Positions 9,030 through 19,161 of a stretch of DNA of 42,679 nt are shown here, piece by piece (within the stretch, counting starts at the first letter, position 1; each line of letters starts with the position of its first letter). This stretch comes from Treponema sp. (GTDB taxonomy: Bacteria > Spirochaetota > Spirochaetia > Treponematales > Treponemataceae), in contig JAFVDR010000101.1 in NCBI GenBank assembly GCA_017476165.1, positions 1-42,679 on the forward strand, read 5' to 3'. The notes under the pieces are model-generated. The model was given only the letters and a program-made list of their open reading frames with translations. It ran no database searches and was not told where the DNA came from. The translations under genes were made by a program, and so were the position numbers.

Positions 9030-10988
9030 ATGGCCAGAAAACGAATCGGACTCCAGTTGAATTCTCTTATAAGCGGCTACAACATAGATGTGTTTAATGC
9101 AACCGAAGCCGTTTGCCGTCAGAAAGGTTATGACCTTACTGTTTTTGAAGGGGGCGTTGAATATGGCTCTCCGGCAACGAGGCAGCAACAATTCATCTAC
9201 AAGCACATAAACGGGCGTAACATTGATGGGCTTATCATTACGTCTGGCTACTACAAGGCTATTGAAAATGACATTAAGAGTGACGGCGAAAAGCAGCTTC
9301 CTTCGGTTCCTCAAATAGCCATTGCAGAAACAAAAGAAGGTGAGCCGTACATCTACAGCGAATTTGAAGAGAACTTCATTGCAATGATAGACCACATGGT
9401 AACGGTACACGGGTGCCGGGTGTTCAACATTGTTTCGGGGCTTGAAAGCAATACCGATTCCAGACGGCGCATGAAGATTTGTCTTGCAACGCTGGCAAAA
9501 CATGGCATTCGGGTGGAAAAGAAGCGGCTGTACATAGGTGGCTTTACGGAAGAAGGAGGCTTCAATGCCTTGAACTATTATGTAAAGCATGACCTTTTGC
9601 CGACGGACTGCATCATCTGCCTGAATGATGATATGGCTGTCGGGCTGATAGATTATGCTGTAGCCTTGAACTACAACGTTCCCGAAGATTTTCGCGTCAT
9701 CGGGTTTGACGACAGTGCACATTCCGAGTTCAATCACGTGACAATCACAAGTGTGGGTGGAAACCTGCGGCAGTTTGCTGCAAAGGCTGTGGACAGCATT
9801 GAGCAGATGTGGCAGGGAAAATTCATTCCCTCGCAGATAAAGATACCGAGTCTGGTAAAGTATCGCAAATCCTGCGGCTGTGTTGATGCAGAAGATTTTG
9901 AAACGGACTACATGGACAAGGATGGAAAGCCCGTGCCGTATTCATATTCTACGATACAGTTCATGCACCAGCAGTATTTCAGGCTGGATCATGATATTGT
10001 CCTTGTGCAGAAATTTTTTGAGCGTCAGGTGCGGCCGATGACGATACGTGAGTTTGTGCCGGAATTGACTCGGTGGCTGCCGAAGTTGCATATACGTTCT
10101 TGTGCAATCGTTTTGTTCAAGAACAAGATTCATGTGGAAAATACTGCCGCTTTTGAGCTTCCGGACTATGCCGAGCTGTTGCTTGTCTATGAAGAAGGTG
10201 TCAAGCAGCAGAATGACATTGTGTCGTTTAATCCTCAGGAATGCCTGTACCCGGAAAATTTGTTTACCGACTGCAGGATAACTGCTTTTGTACGTACCCT
10301 GTATTATAATAATTTCATCTATGGATACATGGTGTATGCTCCCGAAAACTTGCCGACTCCATTGCTTGATACCACGTACAGCATGATTTCCCATGTGTTT
10401 TCATCGTCCGCCTTCTATACGGAAAAACTTGTGGCAGAAAGTCATCAGCACCTTATGATGGAACAGCTTGAAAAGACGAATTCTCAGCTTGCAGGCATTT
10501 CGCAGACTGATGAACTGACGAAGTTGTACAACAGGCGCGGTTTGTTTAACCTTGGGCAGGAAAGCATCAATTTTACGGTTGATATGGGCAAGAAGGGGCT
10601 GGTGTTCTATGCGGACATGGATGGACTTAAGCGCATCAATGATACGTATGGGCATGATGCAGGTGATCAGACCATTGTGGGCATGGCTCTCATGCTGCGA
10701 AAATCATTCCGTTCACATGATATTATTGCACGGCTGGGCGGAGATGAGTTTGTCATTGTTTCCGCCGGTGTGGATTTTTCGTTTGTGCCCAAGGTAAAGG
10801 AGCGCATAAAGGAATCGTGCGAAGAATGGTACATGTCCACCCATTCCCTGTTCCGGTTGAGCATTAGCATTGGTGCGGTTGAATTCAGCGAAGAAAATAA
10901 AAATCTAGAAGAATTGCTTTCACAGGCGGACAAGGTTCTTTACGAAGAAAAAGCAAGAAAGCATACCCGTTCGTCTGCAAAAGAGTAA
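9030..10988 (+). CDS. diguanylate cyclase with N-terminal LacI-type sugar-binding domain
   Basis: Start MARKRIG; ICLNDDMAVG, VPEDFRVIGFDD, KYRKSCGC; C-terminal DELTKLYNRRG, DMDGLKRINDTYGH, RSHD I-site and ARLGGDEF. Confidence 0.9.
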   Translation: MARKRIGLQLNSLISGYNIDVFNATEAVCRQKGYDLTVFEGGVEYGSPATRQQQFIYKHINGRNIDGLIITSGYYKAIENDIKSDGEKQLPSVPQIAIAETKEGEPYIYSEFEENFIAMIDHMVTVHGCRVFNIVSGLESNTDSRRRMKICLATLAKHGIRVEKKRLYIGGFTEEGGFNALNYYVKHDLLPTDCIICLNDDMAVGLIDYAVALNYNVPEDFRVIGFDDSAHSEFNHVTITSVGGNLRQFAAKAVDSIEQMWQGKFIPSQIKIPSLVKYRKSCGCVDAEDFETDYMDKDGKPVPYSYSTIQFMHQQYFRLDHDIVLVQKFFERQVRPMTIREFVPELTRWLPKLHIRSCAIVLFKNKIHVENTAAFELPDYAELLLVYEEGVKQQNDIVSFNPQECLYPENLFTDCRITAFVRTLYYNNFIYGYMVYAPENLPTPLLDTTYSMISHVFSSSAFYTEKLVAESHQHLMMEQLEKTNSQLAGISQTDELTKLYNRRGLFNLGQESINFTVDMGKKGLVFYADMDGLKRINDTYGHDAGDQTIVGMALMLRKSFRSHDIIARLGGDEFVIVSAGVDFSFVPKVKERIKESCEEWYMSTHSLFRLSISIGAVEFSEENKNLEELLSQADKVLYEEKARKHTRSSAKE

Positions 10989-11011
10989 CTCTGCTGTGAG
11001 TGACTCTTTTG

Positions 11012-11827
11012 TCAAGATGCTGTCAATGTAAAGTCCTTTGGAACAAACAGTGTTCCCGATTGGCTGCCGTCTACCAGCGATGACAAGGGGTTTTTGTTGC
11101 GGCTGTTTGCTAGAACGAGGGGAATGCCCGAAGCTGTTGTCTTTTCTGCTGCCTGAATCTTTGTGCGGATGCCGCCCGTACCAAAACTGTTTGTGTTGCC
11201 CAGTGTAATCTTTTTTAAAAGCTCTGGAATATCCGTTACCGTTTCAACGAGTTTTGCCTGAGGATTCGTCTTTGGATTGTCGGTGTACACACCGTCGATG
11301 TCGCTGAACAGGATGAGTAAATCGGCACTCCACAGTATTGCGGTAAGGGCTGAAAGGTTGTCATTGTCGCCTATGCTGTTTTCTTCGAATGAAACGGAGT
11401 CGTTTTCATTGATGATGGGAACAACGCCTTCGTCTACCAGCGTAAACAGCGTGTTGCGCATGTTCAGCGTGTGGTGATAGTCTTCAAAGTCTTCTTTGAT
11501 GAACAATAGCTGTGCAACATGCAGGTTTTCTTGCTGAAAGGCTGCCCTCCATTTGTCCATCAATTCCACTTGACCGATGGCACACAATGCCTGGCGGTAA
11601 TGCATGTCTTTTTTGTGTGCCCAGCCGTTGATGCTGGAAAGACCTGCAACCTGTGCACCAGAAGACACGATGATTACCTGCTTTCCCAGTGCAATGAGCT
11701 TTGAACACTCGCTTGCAATTTGGTTCATAAAGTCAAGGTTGATTGTGCCGTCGGCCTTTGCAAGAGAATTGCTTCCGAACTTAATTACTATCTTTTTTGC
11801 ATTCTGTATTGTTTCTCGTATTGTCAT
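11012..11827 (-). CDS. proB: glutamate 5-kinase (no PUA domain)
   Basis: KIVIKFGSNSL, VSSGA, PIINENDSV, GDNDNLSA, GTGGIRTKIQAA; 271 aa. Confidence 0.95.
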   Translation of the reverse strand: MTIRETIQNAKKIVIKFGSNSLAKADGTINLDFMNQIASECSKLIALGKQVIIVSSGAQVAGLSSINGWAHKKDMHYRQALCAIGQVELMDKWRAAFQQENLHVAQLLFIKEDFEDYHHTLNMRNTLFTLVDEGVVPIINENDSVSFEENSIGDNDNLSALTAILWSADLLILFSDIDGVYTDNPKTNPQAKLVETVTDIPELLKKITLGNTNSFGTGGIRTKIQAAEKTTASGIPLVLANSRNKNPLSSLVDGSQSGTLFVPKDFTLTAS

Positions 11828-13098
11828 CGTATCTGTCCGTCACCGTCTATAAGGAACTTTGTGGTTGTCAATGCATTTATGCCCATAGGACCGCGGGCAT
11901 GTAGCTTCTGCGTGCTGATTCCAAGTTCTGCGCCAAATCCGAATTCTCCGCCATCAGTAAAGCGCGTGCTGGCATTTACGTATACACATGCTGCATCTAT
12001 GCGTGACTGGAACGCGCGGGCATGTGCCCTGTTGTTCGTTACAATGCATTCGCTGTGCTTTGTGTTGTGCGTGTTGATAAAGTCTATGGCCTCGTCTACA
12101 GAGCCAACTGCTTTTACTGCAAGAATAAAGTCAAGGAACTCAAATCCAAAGTCTTCGTCATGTGCCGCAACGGCATGTAATGCCCCATCATGCAAAGCTG
12201 CATCGCTTTGTAAAACGGCAAGGCACTTTTCGTCTGCCCTCAGCTGTACTTTGCCGGCAAGCTTTTCTGCCACTGCAGGAAGGAACGTGTCCAGCATACT
12301 TTCGTGAACCAGCAGCGTTTCAATGGCATTGCATGCGCCCGGACGCTGCATCTTTGCATTTGCGGCAATGTCGCAGGCCATTGCTATGTCCGCCCCTTCG
12401 TCTACGTACAGATGGCATACGCCGGCACCCGTCTGAATGACAGGAATTTTCGCATTGTCTACTACTGTATTGATGAGTCGTGCAGAACCGCGCGGCAAAA
12501 CGACATCAATCTTGCCGACAGCACCAAGAATCTGCGTTACGTCTTCGTGGTCAACGCTCTCGCACAGATGGATTGCATCGGCAACGCCGTCTGCCCCTGC
12601 ATCTGCAAGCCCTTCTTTTATGGCAGCGGTGAGTGCTTTGTTTGAAGCAAGTGCTGAAGAAGAGCCTCGAAGAAGGATTGCGTTTCCACTTTTGTACGCA
12701 AGTGAAAAAGCGTCTACTGTTACATTTGGTCTGGATTCGTAAATGATGGCAACAACACCGAGTGGCACGCGAACCTGTCGAATCTGCATGCCCTTGGGGG
12801 CAGTCCATCCTGCTATTTCTTGTCCAATGGGGTCGCCTTGGTTGATGATGATGTCAATGCTGTCTAAAATGCTCTTGAACTTTTTTTCATCAAGGGCAAG
12901 GCGTTCTACCAGCGCCTCTGACGTGCCCTTGTTCCGTGCAGCTTGGACATCTGTGCTGTTTGCGTCCAAAATGTCATTTTTGTGTCTGGAAATGGCGGCA
13001 GCTACACAGGAAAGTGCATGATTTTTCTGTGCAGCAGTATGAAGTGCAAGAGCTCCAGCACCTGCACGTAGACCGGAACAAATTGCATCAATGTCCAT
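11824..13098 (-). CDS. proA: gamma-glutamyl phosphate reductase
   Basis: VPLGVVAIIYESRPNVT, CNAIETLLVH, VNASTRFTDGGEFGFGAELGISTQKLHARGPMG. Confidence 0.97.
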   Translation of the reverse strand: MDIDAICSGLRAGAGALALHTAAQKNHALSCVAAAISRHKNDILDANSTDVQAARNKGTSEALVERLALDEKKFKSILDSIDIIINQGDPIGQEIAGWTAPKGMQIRQVRVPLGVVAIIYESRPNVTVDAFSLAYKSGNAILLRGSSSALASNKALTAAIKEGLADAGADGVADAIHLCESVDHEDVTQILGAVGKIDVVLPRGSARLINTVVDNAKIPVIQTGAGVCHLYVDEGADIAMACDIAANAKMQRPGACNAIETLLVHESMLDTFLPAVAEKLAGKVQLRADEKCLAVLQSDAALHDGALHAVAAHDEDFGFEFLDFILAVKAVGSVDEAIDFINTHNTKHSECIVTNNRAHARAFQSRIDAACVYVNASTRFTDGGEFGFGAELGISTQKLHARGPMGINALTTTKFLIDGDGQIR

Positions 13099-13107
13099 AC
13101 ATAACCT

Positions 13108-13647
13108 CTAGTAATTTGCCAAAAAGTACATGCCAAGAAGGGTTGCAGCCCTCATCTTAAACTCAGACCAGTCGGCAGTACGCGGAAGGTTCTTCATGTA
13201 CCACCAGAATACGCCGAATTCAGGATCAATGCGAAGGGCATATTCATTAAAACTTTTTGTTTTTGTCTGTGAACCGAACATCAGGTAGACAACATCGTCT
13301 ACAATGCTGAAGAATAACGGATAAGCATCTTTATATGATTTTTTGTCGAGATATGCAGTAAACTCATCAAGATGATACAGAACTTGAGCCTTTAGTTCTT
13401 CATCAGATTTTTCTACCCATGTTTTCTGAATAAGAAGAACAAGATTCTTGTGAAAACTGTAATTCAGCTTTTCTTCTCCATCTGAGGAAGCATCAACAAT
13501 CTTTTTAAATGAGTCGCCTACATTAAATGCAGTAGAAATCGCAATTGCTGCAGAAGAAATCTCCTCGTCTGCACTTGCAGAAAGCAAGGTGCCCAAAGCC
13601 ATTACGGCAGAACTGTCTACAAACTCTTCAATCTGATCATCATTCAT
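13108..13647 (-). CDS. hypothetical protein
   Basis: 179-aa ORF tightly packed between nrdG and proA; FNEYALRIDPEFGVFWWY segment looks like a real conserved protein. Confidence 0.7.
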   Translation of the reverse strand: MNDDQIEEFVDSSAVMALGTLLSASADEEISSAAIAISTAFNVGDSFKKIVDASSDGEEKLNYSFHKNLVLLIQKTWVEKSDEELKAQVLYHLDEFTAYLDKKSYKDAYPLFFSIVDDVVYLMFGSQTKTKSFNEYALRIDPEFGVFWWYMKNLPRTADWSEFKMRAATLLGMYFLANY

Positions 13648-13659
13648 ATCAGCGTTATT

Positions 13660-14178
13660 TTAGAGTTTTACAGTACTTTGTGCAAGTAGGGTGCTATTTT
13701 TCAAGTGCAGGATACGCTGGTTGCTGGAGCCTCTGAAAGCAAGGCTGATGTCTTTTAATTCTTCAATGAAAGGACCGTCTACAAGAACGTCAATGTACGA
13801 AAGCATTTCGTCAGTGCAGTTTATGTGCTTTTTGCCGCCGCTTTGCAAATCTGTGTCGTATACATACCCCGTGTAGCACCAGATTGTTTTCTGGGGAAAG
13901 GTGTTGCGCACGCGCTGCAAGAACGGCGTAAGGACTATTTGATTTTCTTCTTCAAATGGCTCACCGCCCAGCACGGTAAGCCCACTGATATAGTCGGGCT
14001 TTAGGGCTTCAAGAATTTCGTCTTCTTCCTGCCAGGTAAATTCCTGCCCATAGCAGAAATCCCATGTTTCCGGCTGAAAGCACCCCTTGCAGCGGTTGCG
14101 GCATCCTGATACGAACAGAGAGACCCGAACGCCCTCACCGTCTGCTATATCATGTTTTTTTATTGTGCCATATCTCAT
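13660..14178 (-). CDS. nrdG: anaerobic ribonucleotide reductase activase
   Basis: Start MRYGTIKK overlapping the nrdD stop (TAATG); GEGVRVSLFVSGCRNRCKGCF radical-SAM motif; FRGSSNQR. Confidence 0.95.
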   Translation of the reverse strand: MRYGTIKKHDIADGEGVRVSLFVSGCRNRCKGCFQPETWDFCYGQEFTWQEEDEILEALKPDYISGLTVLGGEPFEEENQIVLTPFLQRVRNTFPQKTIWCYTGYVYDTDLQSGGKKHINCTDEMLSYIDVLVDGPFIEELKDISLAFRGSSNQRILHLKNSTLLAQSTVKL

Positions 14179-16343
14179 TACAGATGCAAAACCCTTTCTT
14201 GAATTTCCTGAGTGCGTCCCTGATTCCAATACTGAGTACCGATATAGCCGCATGTGCGGCGGGCAACATTCATTGTTCCCTGATCTCGGTTCTTGCAGTT
14301 GGGACATTCCCAAACAAGCTTGTCGTCTTTGTCCTTTACAATGAGTATTTCACCTGTATAGCCGCATTTCTGACAGTAATCGCTCTTTGTGTTCAGCTCG
14401 GCATACATGATGTTGTTGTAAATGTGTTTGAGCAGTGCCATGACGGCAGGAATGTTCTGTTCCATGTTCGGTACTTCAACATAACTGACAGCTCCTCCAG
14501 GAGACAGCTCTTGGAATTCTGATTCAAACGACAGCTTGGTAAATGCATCAATGGGCTCGGTTACATGAACGTGATAGCTGTTTGTGATGTAGTTTTTGTC
14601 CGTTACGCCCGGAATGATGCCGAACCGCTTTTTGAGGCACTTTGCAAATTTATATGTCGTGCTTTCCAGTGGCGTACCGTATACGGAATAGTCAATGTCC
14701 TCGTTTGCTTTCCATTTGGCACAGGCATCGTTCAATGCTTTCATTACTTTGAGTGCAAATGGTTTTCCTTCTTCGTCGGTGTGAGACTTTCCTGTCATGT
14801 AGCGCGTACATTCATACAAGCCTGCATATCCCAGTGAAATGGTTGAATAGCCCTTGTACAGCAGCCTGTCGATTTTTTCGCCCTTTTTAAGGCGTGCTAG
14901 TGCTCCGTTCTGCCACAGGATTGGTGCGGCATCGGACTTTGTGCCTACGAGTCTGTCGTGGCGTATGCGCAGTGCACGGTGGCACAGTTCCAGTCGCATG
15001 TCCAACAGCGTCCAAAAGCGGAGCATGTCTCCGCCAGACGTACAGGCAACGTCTACAAGGTTCAGTGTAACGACACCTTGATTGAACCTGCCGTAAAACT
15101 TTGGACGGCCTGTTGCAGGGTCTTTGTATACTGTAAGGAATGAGCGGCAGCCCATGCAGGGATAGCAGTTGCCGTCCTTTATTTCCAGCATTTTCTTTTC
15201 GGAAATGTAGTCGGGAACCATGCGCCGTGCCGTGCACTTTGCAGCAAGCTCCGTCAGATGGTAAAAGGGAGAGCCTTGTTCTATGTTGTCTTTTTCAAGC
15301 ACGTAAATCAATTTTGGAAAAGCCGGCGTAATCCACACGCCCGACTCATTTTTGACCCCTTGATACCGCTGCTTGAGAACTTCCTCGATGATAAGAGCAA
15401 GATCCTGCTTTTCCTGTTCATTGCGGGCTTCGTTCAAGTACATGAACACCGTCACGAATGGAGCCTGTCCGTTTGTGGTCATCAAAGTAATGACCTGATA
15501 CTGGATGGTCTGGACTCCGCGTTTGATTTCATCGCGCAAACGCTGGTTTACCATAAAGTTGAACTGAGAATCGTCAATGGTAAGGTGGGTTGCTTCTACC
15601 ATGTCGCGAATTTCTTTCTGAATCTTTTTGCGGCTTACTTCTACAAATGGAGCAAGATGGGCAAGGGAAATGCTCTGTCCACCGTACTGACAGCTGGCAA
15701 CCTGTGCAATAATCTGCGTGGCAATGTTGCATGCCGTAGAAAATGAATGAGGACGGTCGATCCGTGTGCCACTGATGACCGTGCCGTTCTGAAGCATGTC
15801 TTCAAGGTTGACCAAATCGCAGTTGTGCATGTGCTGTGCAAAGTAGTCTGCATCATGAAAGTGAATGATGCCTTCTTCGTGTGCCTTCTGGATGTCTGGA
15901 TCAAGAAGGAATCGGCGCGTAATGTCCTTGCTGACTTCGCCCGCCATGTAATCGCGCTGAACGGAAACAACCGTTGGATTTTTATTGGAGTTTTCCTGCT
16001 TGACTTCTTCGTTGTTTTCTTCGAGCAGACTCATTATCTGCTGGTCTGTCGTGTTTTCCTTGCGCATCAGCTGATGGCGGTAGCGGTACGTAATGTACAG
16101 CTTGGCAACTTCATACGCATTATGCTCCATAATCCCGTTTTCAACGAGATCCTGAATGTCTTCGACGTTCAATGCATGACCTTCTTTGTGGCACTGCAGC
16201 TCAATGTCACAGGCAATGGAGTTGATTTGTTGTTCCGTCAGGCGTTTTGATTCTTCAACCTGAGCATTTGCCTTTTCAATGGCTTTGACTATTTTTTCTC
16301 TATTGAATAATACTTCTGCACCGCTACGTTTTATAATCTTCAT
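14178..16343 (-). CDS. nrdD: class III anaerobic ribonucleoside-triphosphate reductase
   Basis: N-terminal ATP cone MKIIKRSG (start 16343); MHNCDL, CMGCRSFL, CQKC...CPNC and RRTCGYIG glycyl-radical motif. Confidence 0.96.
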   Translation of the reverse strand: MKIIKRSGAEVLFNREKIVKAIEKANAQVEESKRLTEQQINSIACDIELQCHKEGHALNVEDIQDLVENGIMEHNAYEVAKLYITYRYRHQLMRKENTTDQQIMSLLEENNEEVKQENSNKNPTVVSVQRDYMAGEVSKDITRRFLLDPDIQKAHEEGIIHFHDADYFAQHMHNCDLVNLEDMLQNGTVISGTRIDRPHSFSTACNIATQIIAQVASCQYGGQSISLAHLAPFVEVSRKKIQKEIRDMVEATHLTIDDSQFNFMVNQRLRDEIKRGVQTIQYQVITLMTTNGQAPFVTVFMYLNEARNEQEKQDLALIIEEVLKQRYQGVKNESGVWITPAFPKLIYVLEKDNIEQGSPFYHLTELAAKCTARRMVPDYISEKKMLEIKDGNCYPCMGCRSFLTVYKDPATGRPKFYGRFNQGVVTLNLVDVACTSGGDMLRFWTLLDMRLELCHRALRIRHDRLVGTKSDAAPILWQNGALARLKKGEKIDRLLYKGYSTISLGYAGLYECTRYMTGKSHTDEEGKPFALKVMKALNDACAKWKANEDIDYSVYGTPLESTTYKFAKCLKKRFGIIPGVTDKNYITNSYHVHVTEPIDAFTKLSFESEFQELSPGGAVSYVEVPNMEQNIPAVMALLKHIYNNIMYAELNTKSDYCQKCGYTGEILIVKDKDDKLVWECPNCKNRDQGTMNVARRTCGYIGTQYWNQGRTQEIQERVLHL

Positions 16344-16359
16344 CGATACCCCTAAGCAA

Positions 16360-16368
16360 TTATCCACA
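16360..16368 (+). promoter_or_regulatory. perfect DnaA box in the nrdD leader
   Basis: TTATCCACA, embedded in inverted repeat AAGCAATTAT-CCACAGT-ATAATTGCTT (16354-16380). Confidence 0.55.
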
Positions 16369-16411
16369 GTATAATTGCTTGTAATGATTACACTTAGATA
16401 ATTTATACACT

Positions 16412-16469
16412 CCACTATATGTAGTGGATTACTAATTATTAGTGTACTATCCATAGTGTTTTTAGTCAA
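16412..16469 (-). promoter_or_regulatory. nrdD promoter with tandem NrdR boxes
   Basis: TTGACT (16469-16464), 17 bp, TACACT (16446-16441); boxes CCACTATATGTAGTGG (16412-16427) and GTACTATCCATAGTGT (16444-16459), 32 bp apart. Confidence 0.78.
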
Positions 16470-16503
16470 TAGAAAACCGTATATCCAAGAGTTTCTGAAG
16501 GGG

Positions 16504-16545
16504 AAAAAAAAGAGGAACAGACTGCCAAACGGTAGTTGTTCCTCT
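16504..16545 (-). terminator. intrinsic terminator after the MCP gene
   Basis: AGAGGAACA...TGTTCCTCT stem (16511-16545) followed on the minus strand by a T run. Confidence 0.6.
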
Positions 16546-16584
16546 GGATGAGAGTGCACGGTCACGTGCATTGTGCTCGAACTG

Positions 16585-18660
16585 TTACAGCTTGAACTGG
16601 TCTATCTGTGTGCCTATCTGGGAAATGGAATCCTTTACTTTGCCAACCATTTCGCTCAGGGAATTGCCCGTTATGCCGATTTTACGGGTGCCGTCAGAAA
16701 CTCCATTCATGTCCTTCATCAGGTTGTCTGTCGCCTGTTTCAAGCGTGAAACCTGTTCGATGGCCGTCTTGTTGTCTTCGTCCATCTGCACTGAAGATTT
16801 TCGCACGTGAATCATGCTGTCATTCATGGATTGCAGGGCAGAACGAATCTGTTTTGAGCCTTCGTTCTGTTCTTCCATGGCAGCCTTGATTTGTGCCACC
16901 AACTGGTCTGTTTCGTCAATCTTGCCCGATACGGAATCGAATGCCGTGCTGGACTCCGTAGAAGCAGAAACCACTTCTGAAATGGAATCCTTGATGTTCT
17001 TGAGCTGATCGCCAATCGTCTTTGACTGTGAAGAAGACGTTTCGGACAGCTTGCGGATTTCGTCTGCAACAACTGCAAAACCTTTTCCTGCTTCACCGGC
17101 ATGGGCGGCTTCAATGGCCGCATTCATTGCCAATAGGTTTGTCTGCTCGGCTATGTTTGAAATTGCAAGGTTTGCCTCCTGCAGCATGTCAGACTGGGCT
17201 TCGATTTGCTTTATCTTTTCGTTTACGGCAAACTGTTTTGTAATGCCGTTCTTTGCATCATCACGCAAGCCCTCGAAAGAGTTCGCCATCTTGTCTACGC
17301 TGCTGTTTACGCTGGCAATGTTGCCAATCATCTGCTCGACGGCAGACGAAGCATCGCTTACGCCGTGGGACTGTTTTTCTATCATGCCGCTGAGCGTTTC
17401 AATTGCCGAAGAAACCTGATTAACGGATTTAGTCGTGCCCGTAACGGATTCCACTTGGTTTTCAATCTGCGTATGCATGGAATCAATACTTTGTATAATG
17501 TGCTCAATGGAACTTTTTGTTTCTGATGTTGCACTGAGCAGATTGTCTCCGCTCGTTGCAAGTGATGTACTGGAGAGCTGTACGTTTTTCATGATGCCCT
17601 GCAGTTTTTCTATGAAGCGGTTCATGCTGTACACAAGCTCATCCATGACGGCAAGGTATGGAACGCTGTCAAGTTCTACGCGCCGTGTCAAGTCGGCGTT
17701 GCCAGAAGAGAGGTCGTCTACTGCCTTTTTCAGCGTGTTTGAGGTGTATATCATGTTCATGCTCAGTGCAATGGCAACAATGATGACGATAATGACCAGG
17801 CACACGGCAAGGGGGGCAACGGAGTTCTTGACTGCAACAACGAAATTGTAGTCTTTTGCAAAGACCAAATGCCAGTTGACCAGCGATAACGGTGCCATCA
17901 TAAACTCGTGCTTTGCAGAATGGCAGGGAGTAATGGCCGTTGGAACTAAATCCATTCCTGCAAGGTCAGGAATTTTTGTGGTAACGGGAATGTGGTCTGC
18001 AAGAATTGATTTGTCTAAAGCTCCGGTTATTTCAAGGTCATCGTTGTATATGTACATTGTAACGTCAGAAGGAAGACCTTCGTACATGGAGTCTATGAAA
18101 TCTGTCAGAGGAATTCCCGTTCCTGCAATGCCGATGGGTGCCCCCTCTTTGTTTCTGATGACGGCATTTACCCAAAGGAATGTTGCTTTTAGGTCTGGGT
18201 TGTAGTTTATGTTGAAGTTGTACACATCAGTTTCGTACATGGTCATGTTGTACCAGTAGTTTTCTTCTTTTGAGGGGTCAAGAATGTATGTTGGCTGCAA
18301 GTCTTGATAGAACACATGATCCGTGTCGTTCACGAAGAAGACCGATTTTGACAGGTATGAATCCTTGTAGCTTGAAAATTCGTCAAAGGCCGTTGCCTTT
18401 AGTTCAGGGTCGTCAGGATTTTCCATGTACTTGACAACCGAAGGTGCTTTGATCATCTGCACAACGAGTGCCAGCTGTGCATTCAAGCTTGACGAAAACT
18501 GTAGCGTTTTTATCTCTGCATCATGGTTGAGAGATGTCTGTGCCTCTTTTCTAAAGCGGATTCTTGTGGACAGAGCCGTTACAACAATAACAATAACAAA
18601 AGCTGCTAGTGCGCTGATCAATAGTTTAGCATTAAACTGTGCCCTAGATTGTTTTGACAT
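16585..18660 (-). CDS. methyl-accepting chemotaxis protein
   Basis: Two TM segments around a periplasmic domain, HAMP (ADLTRRV), signalling motif [38 protein letters not shown]; GGAGG SD. Confidence 0.95.
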   Translation of the reverse strand: MSKQSRAQFNAKLLISALAAFVIVIVVTALSTRIRFRKEAQTSLNHDAEIKTLQFSSSLNAQLALVVQMIKAPSVVKYMENPDDPELKATAFDEFSSYKDSYLSKSVFFVNDTDHVFYQDLQPTYILDPSKEENYWYNMTMYETDVYNFNINYNPDLKATFLWVNAVIRNKEGAPIGIAGTGIPLTDFIDSMYEGLPSDVTMYIYNDDLEITGALDKSILADHIPVTTKIPDLAGMDLVPTAITPCHSAKHEFMMAPLSLVNWHLVFAKDYNFVVAVKNSVAPLAVCLVIIVIIVAIALSMNMIYTSNTLKKAVDDLSSGNADLTRRVELDSVPYLAVMDELVYSMNRFIEKLQGIMKNVQLSSTSLATSGDNLLSATSETKSSIEHIIQSIDSMHTQIENQVESVTGTTKSVNQVSSAIETLSGMIEKQSHGVSDASSAVEQMIGNIASVNSSVDKMANSFEGLRDDAKNGITKQFAVNEKIKQIEAQSDMLQEANLAISNIAEQTNLLAMNAAIEAAHAGEAGKGFAVVADEIRKLSETSSSQSKTIGDQLKNIKDSISEVVSASTESSTAFDSVSGKIDETDQLVAQIKAAMEEQNEGSKQIRSALQSMNDSMIHVRKSSVQMDEDNKTAIEQVSRLKQATDNLMKDMNGVSDGTRKIGITGNSLSEMVGKVKDSISQIGTQIDQFKL

Positions 18661-19161
18661 TAAAACCTCCTGAGTCTTTAAGGAACCTTTAGAATTTGAA
18701 ATTTTTAAGGATTTCTCTTTGTTTATGGTATAATATCATTTTAAGAATTTATGATACCACTTTTTTCCCATTTTGTGAACAAATTTCTACAGGGAAATCA
18801 AAAAAGCAACACGATACACGTTTCTCTCTGTCTGTACTGCACTAAAGTGCTTGCACAGTGCAAGCCTGCTCCTGTTCCAGTCAGTACTCTGCTCCAAGTA
18901 CTCTGTTTTAGGAATTTTGCGGTCATTGAAGTACAACAAGAAACGCAGTATGCTGTAGGTGCTATGGCATCAAAACTTTCTCTGGATAAAATCGCATCGT
19001 TATAGTTCTGCAAATCGAGGAACGAAGCAAAGCTCGTCTTTAAGACTTTGAGCGCATGGGCATCTGTAGCAAAATGGAAGGCAAGCGTGTTGCCATACAG
19101 CAGTCTTCCATGAATGCGTTCATAAAAAAACTTGAAGCAGAAGGATTTAAGGATTAGGTAC

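Noticed and set aside
14179-16571. ORF-track N-terminal extensions of nrdG (to 14313) and nrdD (to 16571)
   Set aside because: The extensions overlap nrdD or run through its promoter and NrdR boxes; family-typical starts are 14178 and 16343.
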